This document shows positions 1 through 5,681 of a stretch of DNA of 36,324 nt, one piece after another. Source of the DNA: Candidatus Woesearchaeota archaeon (GTDB lineage Archaea > Nanobdellota > Nanobdellia > Pacearchaeales > GW2011-AR1). The DNA is taken from NCBI GenBank assembly GCA_964514585.1, contig CAZETU010000007.1:1-36324 (forward strand). The letters are read 5' to 3'. The notes beneath the pieces were generated by a model. It was given only the letters and a program-made list of their open reading frames with translations. It searched no databases and was not told the origin of the DNA. The translations under genes and the position numbers were made by a program. Each line of letters begins with the position of its first letter. Within the stretch, counting starts at the first letter, position 1.

Positions 1-2
1 TT

Positions 3-176
3 AGTAGGATGAAAGAGAAGCTGAAAGTTTTGGAAAATTATGATAAGTGGTTTTTTGTTGTGACTGATAGAAATAAAGTGAGAAAATATAAGAAACATGG
101 AGATGCTGTTGACAAACGATATGTAAAATCTAGGCTAGATAAACTGATAAAAATGGCAAAAAAAGCCCAAAAATAG
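3..176 (+). CDS. 3' end of a gene entering from the left edge (…SRMKEKLKVLENYDKWFFVVTDRNKVRKYKKHG…KAQK*), function unknown
   Basis: Open frame from the window edge to TAG at 174-176, translated by hand; Lys-rich composition like neighbouring genes. Confidence 0.45.
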   Translation, partial: SRMKEKLKVLENYDKWFFVVTDRNKVRKYKKHGDAVDKRYVKSRLDKLIKMAKKAQK

Positions 177-245
177 GACTCTGGTTTTTCGGGTATCAAA
201 TAAGGTTTATCGTCGATTAGAATCGCTAGAAAAAGCCAAAGAGTC
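177..245. other. Imperfect stem-loop immediately after the upstream stop (possible terminator or structured UTR)
   Basis: GACTCTGGTTTT (177-188) pairs with AAAAGCCAAAGAGTC (231-245), with one bulge and one G-U pair; inner CGAT-TAGA-ATCG hairpin. Confidence 0.35.
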
Positions 246-304
246 AGTCGGCATAATATGTATATATGATAGTACGGACGTGGGGGCTTAACTGGGACGT
301 TTCG

Positions 305-346
305 TACGTCCACCAAATAGTAATATTTATAAATATGGTAGACGTA
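305..346 (+). promoter_or_regulatory. TATA box (TTTATAAA 326-333) of the fic gene flanked by an 11-bp inverted repeat (putative operator)
   Basis: TACGTCCACCA (305-315) / TGGTAGACGTA (336-346), 1 mismatch; perfect 14-bp palindrome ATATTTATAAATAT at 323-336; TATA starts 29 nt before the ATG. Confidence 0.55.
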
Positions 347-354
347 TAAAAAAC

Positions 355-1248
355 ATGGCTTACACAGAAATAAAAGAAAAGAATGGGAGGAAATATTATT
401 ACAGAGTAAAGTCCATTAAATTGAATGGCAGGGTATCAAAGGAACGAATCTATCTTGGAGTCAATTTAAACAAAGAAGAATTAATTAAAAAAGAAAAAGC
501 TGCAGATAAAAAATTAAACATTTTCGATATTGTTTTGACAAAAGATGAAGAAAAATTCCTAGAGCAAATTAAAAGAGATTTTTCGAAAGAGCCAAGGGAG
601 AATTATGAAAATAGGTATGAGGCTTTCTGTTCATTATTCACTCATGACTCCACAGGTATTGAAGGAAACACATTAACATTTTTAGAAACTTCTCATTTGT
701 TGTTTGAAGGAATTGTTCCAAGCACGAAATCCTTAAGGGAAGTTCATGAAATTTTGAATCACAAAAAGGCATTTGACTATATTCTAAATTACAAAAAAGA
801 CTTAACAAAAGAATTTATTTTGGGGTTGCATCATTTAGTTGTTGCAAATACCTTAAGAGAAGAGTTGGCTTCCCAGTCTGGAAAATATAGAACTGTTCAA
901 GTTTTTGTTGGACAACATATTCCACCAAAGCCCCATGAAGTTCCGAATAAAATGGCGACCTTGCTTAGATGGTATTCGGTCAACAAAAAGAAACTTCATC
1001 CAATAATTTTGGCTTCTCATTTTCATACAGAATTTGAAAAGATACATCCTTTTGTTGATGGCAATGGAAGGGTCGGGAGATTATTGATGAATTTTATCTT
1101 ACACAAGAATAAATATCCTATGGTAAATATTCCGAAGAAAAGGAGATTCAAATATTATGAAGTGCTACAAAATGCCCACAAAGGCAATTTGAAGGGCTTT
1201 GTCGGGCTTTTAATTGGCATTCTAAGGAAAGATAGGTTGAGGTTTTGA
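355..1248 (+). CDS. Fic-domain protein (AMPylase-type) with N-terminal inhibitory motif
   Basis: Intact Fic motif HPFVDGNGRVGR; STGIEGN fits the (S/T)xxxE(G/N) inhibitory helix; basic N-terminal extension. Confidence 0.92.
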   Translation: MAYTEIKEKNGRKYYYRVKSIKLNGRVSKERIYLGVNLNKEELIKKEKAADKKLNIFDIVLTKDEEKFLEQIKRDFSKEPRENYENRYEAFCSLFTHDSTGIEGNTLTFLETSHLLFEGIVPSTKSLREVHEILNHKKAFDYILNYKKDLTKEFILGLHHLVVANTLREELASQSGKYRTVQVFVGQHIPPKPHEVPNKMATLLRWYSVNKKKLHPIILASHFHTEFEKIHPFVDGNGRVGRLLMNFILHKNKYPMVNIPKKRRFKYYEVLQNAHKGNLKGFVGLLIGILRKDRLRF

Positions 1249-1375
1249 ATTAGTAGATGTTGTGAAGTTACCTTTATTTCTATTCATGAGTCGCACAGCA
1301 GGATAACTAATTATATTAATTACTCAGTAGTAACAATATAGAAAGATTTATAAACTGTTTTTTTATCAATATATT

Positions 1376-2167
1376 ATGACAAAAAGCATAAAAGTTGAAT
1401 CTCAAGTGATTCGAGGTTTTGAAGCATCTATTGCAGATAGTAAGCTCTATCAAGAAGTAGCCAAAGGTGTGGCTGAAAAATTTGGCAAAGATTCTAAGGC
1501 TTATCAAACATTAATGAATGGAATTGATACTAAAAATGGAACGGGTTCACAATTTTTCTTTAATACTGAAGCAGAATCATATCTTCCTGAAGGTCAAAGA
1601 GTTGCAAGATTAGCTGACCTTGGAAAAATTTATGATGCGGACACTTCTTTTTTTAAGGGAATTTATACCGATACTCCTGAATTAGTTTTAAGAACAGATA
1701 CTCCTTCGTGGAAAAATAATACTCCGATTTTGGAAAATTTAGTCAAGCAGGTAAGAGAAAGGGAATTAGAGTTTTCTTCAGATAACCCTTTAGTTCTTTC
1801 AGGTCTTGAATTAACTAGAGATGACAATAAAGCGAATCCTTATGGAATCTTGGTTAAAATAGGAGACAATACCGTTGCAGTAAATGACCTAAGATTTGCT
1901 TACGGAAAAGATAAAATTCAGGTTAGAAATAAAACAAAAACATTATGGACTAAAGATAAAGGGTTGTCTAGGGTTTATTTCGACAGGAACGGCTACGTCA
2001 GCTCCCGTGATGGCAACTTGCAGGTCTCCGATGGCGGTGGTCGGGTGGTGGTTTTTAACGCCGAAGGCGTCGCATCAGAAAATTTAGAATTTGAAGCTAT
2101 TAATCAAAAATATCAGTTTGATTTATCTACACTAAGAAATAAGATTGATGCTAAACTAGTACAATAA
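1376..2167 (+). CDS. DGR variable (target) protein, probably with a CLec-type fold as in archaeal DGR targets
   Basis: Contains the VR encoding LSRVYFDRNGYVSSRDGNLQVSDGGGRVVV; own TATA (1347-1354); the fold is inferred, not computed. Confidence 0.9.
   Translation: MTKSIKVESQVIRGFEASIADSKLYQEVAKGVAEKFGKDSKAYQTLMNGIDTKNGTGSQFFFNTEAESYLPEGQRVARLADLGKIYDADTSFFKGIYTDTPELVLRTDTPSWKNNTPILENLVKQVRERELEFSSDNPLVLSGLELTRDDNKANPYGILVKIGDNTVAVNDLRFAYGKDKIQVRNKTKTLWTKDKGLSRVYFDRNGYVSSRDGNLQVSDGGGRVVVFNAEGVASENLEFEAINQKYQFDLSTLRNKIDAKLVQ
1963..2042 (+). repeat. DGR variable region (VR)
   Basis: 80-bp ungapped match to 2338-2417 with 11 mismatches, all at TR adenines (9 A>G, 2 A>T). Confidence 0.95.
2058..2070 (+). 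promoter_or_regulatory. Post-VR hairpin ACGCC-GAA-GGCGT (candidate DGR target-recognition stem-loop)
   Basis: Perfect 5-bp stem with a GAA loop starting 16 nt after the VR core, inside the coding sequence. Confidence 0.7.
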
Positions 2168-2198
2168 AACCTATAAAGGGTTCTAATTTTCTAAGATT

Positions 2199-2228
2199 CC
2201 TAGCACCTTCATTGAAGAATGGGCTAGG
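2199..2228 (+). other. Stem-loop upstream of the TR (possible TR-RNA structural element or target terminator)
   Basis: CCTAGC (2199-2204) / GCTAGG (2223-2228) enclosing CTTCA-T-TGAAG. Confidence 0.45.
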
Positions 2229-2337
2229 CCACACGCTCTTTTATTAAGACTCTTGGGGTCAGTAAAATTCATTTGCGACAATTAGTAAAATATTGAACAT
2301 TGAAGCAAAGGTGGCAATTGGTAAAAAGAGCTACTCT

Positions 2338-2417
2338 GTTGTCTAGGGTTTATTTCAACAGGAACGGCAACGTCAACTCCCATAATGACAACTTGCAGAA
2401 CTCCAATGACGATGGTC
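2338..2417 (+). ncRNA. DGR template region (TR)
   Basis: AAC/AAT-rich copy of the VR, 24 adenines, located just upstream of the RT ATG. Confidence 0.93.
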
Positions 2418-2446
2418 TAATGGCCAAACCCTTGCTAGTTATACTT

Positions 2447-3487
2447 ATGAAAACTTACAATAAACTTTATCAGAAAATTTACTCTTATGGTAATCTATAC
2501 TCCGCATATCAAAAAGCAAGAAAAGGAAAAACTAAGAAACTTTATATTAAAGAATTTGAAAGTGATTTGGATAAAAATTTAATTGACCTCCAATTTGAAC
2601 TTATGAATTTTACCTATTCTCCGAGACCGTTAGATAATTTTATTCTTAAAGACCCAAAAACTAGAAAGATTTCAAGGTCACATTTTAGGGACAGAGTGAT
2701 TCATCATGCTATAATAAATATAATCGGAGCTATTTTTGAAAAGATATTTATCTATGATTCTTGTGCTAACCAAAAAGGAAAGGGCAATTTATTTTCAATT
2801 AAAAGATTTGAAACTTTTAGAAGAAAGATAACTAAGAATTTTAGTAGCAGAGCTTTCTGCCTAAAAGCAGATGTTAAACATTATTTTCAGGAAGTTGACC
2901 ATGAGATATTACTCAAAATAATCAAAAATAAAATTAAAGACAAGAAAGTTATATTGCTTATCAGAAAGACATTAAAAAAGAACGCTGGTGGTGAAAAAAC
3001 CAAAGGGATGCCTTTAGGAAATTTAACTAGTCAATTTTTCGCTAATGTTTATTTGAATGAGTTGGATTATTTTGTTAAATATCAATTAAAAGCTAAATAT
3101 TATATTCGCTATGTAGATGATTTTGTGATTCTTCATCAAAATAGAGAGCAACTTAATAAGTGGAAAAAGGAGATTGAAAATTTTTTGGCAGAAAAACTAA
3201 ATTTAGAACTTCATCCTCAGAAATCCAAAGTAGTTTCTTTATCAAAAGGCGTCGATTTCGTAGGGTTTAGAAACTTTTATCACTTTAAACTTTTGAGAAA
3301 AAGAAACCTTTGAAGTATGCTAAAGAAAATTGATACTTATAGGGATAAGCTAGTCAGCAAAGAGAAGATGATGGAAATTTTTCAGGGATGGAATGCCTAT
3401 GCAAAATGGGCTAACGCTTTCAAATTGCGGAAAAGTATTCTATCTAAAATAAATAAAATTCATATACTCAACCTCGACAATCCTTAA
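2447..3487 (+). pseudogene. DGR reverse transcriptase interrupted by an in-frame TGA at 3311-3313 (288 aa truncated; 346 aa if read through)
   Basis: Motifs RDRVIHHA, KADVKHYF, GMPLGNLTSQFFANVYLNELD, YIRYVDD, GVDFVGF; the same frame continues after the TGA as SMLKKI…FQGWNAYAKWANAFKLRK to TAA 3485-3487. Confidence 0.88.
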
Positions 3488-3544
3488 AAAGTCTACTAGT
3501 CTTACAAACAGCAACGATAAAATAAATATCAATCAAAACAAAAA

Positions 3545-3719
3545 TTTGTCCCCTGACGATGCCAAGAGTGGATGGTCGACGGCGGGAGCATTCATTTGAA
3601 CCCCTTGGGGTTTAAGGAAAATCCTTAGATTTTTCTTAGGAATCTTTGATTCCGGCCGAGCTTCTTTGAAGCGACAGCAAATCCCGGCGGGAGAATTTAA
3701 TCTTAAGCTTAAACCCCAA
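3545..3719. repeat. GC-rich intergenic element containing a 12-bp perfect inverted repeat and internal hairpins
   Basis: TTGGGGTTTAAG (3605-3616) / CTTAAACCCCAA (3708-3719); hairpins GCTTC-TTT-GAAGC and TCCC-GGC-GGGA; 9-bp direct repeat CGGCGGGAG (3580, 3685). Confidence 0.5.
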
Positions 3720-3734
3720 AAATCAAAACAACAC

Positions 3735-5681
3735 TCAATCAAAAGATAAAATTTTCTGAGCTTTATCATTACCTTTATTCGTAATAAAAATCCCTTTATT
3801 CCCCGTAACCTTCCCAGCAATTCGTGCATTTATTCCATTTTTAAGAGCAATCTGAATAACTTTTTCTGGCTCCGGAGTAACTATCAACATTCCATTCCCC
3901 ATATTCCAAGTAGTGTACGCTTCCTCATCTCGAATCTTACCAAGCTCTTGACAGTGCAGCATTATTTCCGAAGGTTCAAATAAATTATCTAGCTCTGCCC
4001 CAAGGTTACTCGGCTTCAAAATTCTTCCAAGTTTCCCAGGAATACCCCCTCCAGTAATATGAGCCACTCCATGAATCCTTGTTTTTATCCCCTCGCCAAT
4101 ACCCCCATAAGCATCAATAACAGCCTTAGAATATATTTTTGAAGGAGTCAAAACCAATCTCCCAATCAAACTCTCACCCAGTTTCTTATTATGCCACTCA
4201 TCCCCATAAGATTCCTGAAAAACTTTTCTTACAAGAGAAAGCCCATTCGACCTAAAACCATTTTCTTGAAATGCAACAATCGAATCTCCAGGTTTTATCT
4301 CATTCCCTGTAAACAATTTGTCCTTATCTGCAAACCAAACAACTGCCGCTCCCCAATTATAATTAAAAGGACCAAATCCCCCCACTCGAGTTCCCAGCTC
4401 CGCAACTTCTCCATTTACTATAGCCACATTAGCAGCCTTCGCCGCAGCGATATAACCCTTCGCCAATTGCTTAATCTGTTCAATATATGTCTCCCCATCC
4501 TTCCCCAAGGAATTAACATCAAGAATAGATCCTATAAGTACCGGCTCAGCTCCCCTCACTACCGCATCATCACAAACCATTGCGAACAAATCAAACGCAA
4601 TCGTGCTATGATCCCCCATTCTCTCAGCCAATTCCATTTTCGTCCCAACGCCATCAAATCCAATATTCATCAAAGTCCCACTCGGCAGATTAGAAACATC
4701 AATAGCTCTAACCCCACTAAAATCATCAAATGGAACAATTAATTCTCCAAGCTTCCCATCACGATTATTCCAAGTTTCTTTAGCAGCATTATACAAAACC
4801 TTAGACACATCATCCCCCAACTCAATATTAACCCCAGAATCCGCGTAAGTAAAACCCTCACTAGTCATTCCAGTTTCTTCAACATATTCAATCGCATTCC
4901 TAAAAATTTTCATCGCATCTTCATTCAACTCCGGAACTTCCTTCCCAAGTCTTTTCATTTTCTCCTTCTCCTTTTGAAAATCTGGAGAGCTTGCACTTAT
5001 AATTGCTCTCTCTGGATGTGGCATCATACCCAAAATTCTTCCGCTCTCATCACAAATTCCTGCTATATCTCTCGAGGCACCATTAGGATTGGCAGGAAAT
5101 ACTCCCCCAGCAGAATCACCGTTCAAAAGAGAATAAGTAAAAACAATCTGATCATTCCTCTCCAATTCATCTAAAACATTATCCTCAGCAAAAAACTTAC
5201 CCTCTCCATGTGCAACAGGGATATGTAACTTATCAAGTCCTTTCGCAAAAATACATTTTTTATTATTGACTTTCAAATTAACCCATCTGCATTCATACTT
5301 AGTCGAATTATTAAACGATAGCGCAACCTTTCTTTTGCCATACTCTTTATTCATCGCAGGTAATAATCCCAAATTAGTTAGTATCTGAAATCCATTACAA
5401 ATCCCAATTACAAGTTTCCCAGAATTGACAAACTCCATCAACTCATCCCAAAGATTCAATCGAATTTTATTAGCCATCGCATTCCCTGAACCAGTATCAT
5501 CCCCATAAGAGAAGCCCCCAGGAAAAGCCAAGATTTGATAATCGCTCAATTTTTTCTCCTTGCTAATAATATCATTTACATGAACAATTTCTGCATCTCC
5601 TCCAACCATATCAAATGCTCGCTTAGTTTCCCTTTCGCAATTTATTCCATATCCAGACAAGACTAATATTTTCGGTTTCAT
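3735..5681 (-). CDS. purQ/purM: Fusion of FGAM synthase glutaminase PurQ (aa ~1-270) and AIR synthase PurM (aa ~272-648)
   Basis: PurQ motifs GYGINCERET, PGGFSYGD, GICNGFQ, HGEG, MMPHPER; PurM motifs TYADSGVN, DGVGTK, AHITGGG. Confidence 0.9.
   Translation of the reverse strand: MKPKILVLSGYGINCERETKRAFDMVGGDAEIVHVNDIISKEKKLSDYQILAFPGGFSYGDDTGSGNAMANKIRLNLWDELMEFVNSGKLVIGICNGFQILTNLGLLPAMNKEYGKRKVALSFNNSTKYECRWVNLKVNNKKCIFAKGLDKLHIPVAHGEGKFFAEDNVLDELERNDQIVFTYSLLNGDSAGGVFPANPNGASRDIAGICDESGRILGMMPHPERAIISASSPDFQKEKEKMKRLGKEVPELNEDAMKIFRNAIEYVEETGMTSEGFTYADSGVNIELGDDVSKVLYNAAKETWNNRDGKLGELIVPFDDFSGVRAIDVSNLPSGTLMNIGFDGVGTKMELAERMGDHSTIAFDLFAMVCDDAVVRGAEPVLIGSILDVNSLGKDGETYIEQIKQLAKGYIAAAKAANVAIVNGEVAELGTRVGGFGPFNYNWGAAVVWFADKDKLFTGNEIKPGDSIVAFQENGFRSNGLSLVRKVFQESYGDEWHNKKLGESLIGRLVLTPSKIYSKAVIDAYGGIGEGIKTRIHGVAHITGGGIPGKLGRILKPSNLGAELDNLFEPSEIMLHCQELGKIRDEEAYTTWNMGNGMLIVTPEPEKVIQIALKNGINARIAGKVTGNKGIFITNKGNDKAQKILSFD

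Larger units (their letters stand above)
1376..3487 (+). mobile_element. Diversity-generating retroelement (target-VR / TR / RT)
   Basis: TR-VR pair with adenine-only mismatches, adjacent DGR-class RT, hairpin downstream of the VR. Confidence 0.95.

Noticed and set aside
38-316. 92-aa minus-strand ORF
   Set aside because: It overlaps a more plausible + strand gene end and the palindromic promoter region, and has no recognisable motif.
2300-2446. ORF-track N-terminal extension of the RT (TTG start) that includes the TR
   Set aside because: The TR is naturally stop-free in the VR frame. The RT-like sequence begins at ATG 2447 (MKTYNKLY), so the extension is most likely an artefact.
3553-3620. 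Hammerhead ribozyme suggested by CTGACGA
   Set aside because: No stem II closing onto a correctly placed GAAA.
3533-3829. 98-aa minus-strand ORF downstream of purQ/M
   Set aside because: It overlaps purM and runs through the inverted-repeat element; not protein-like.
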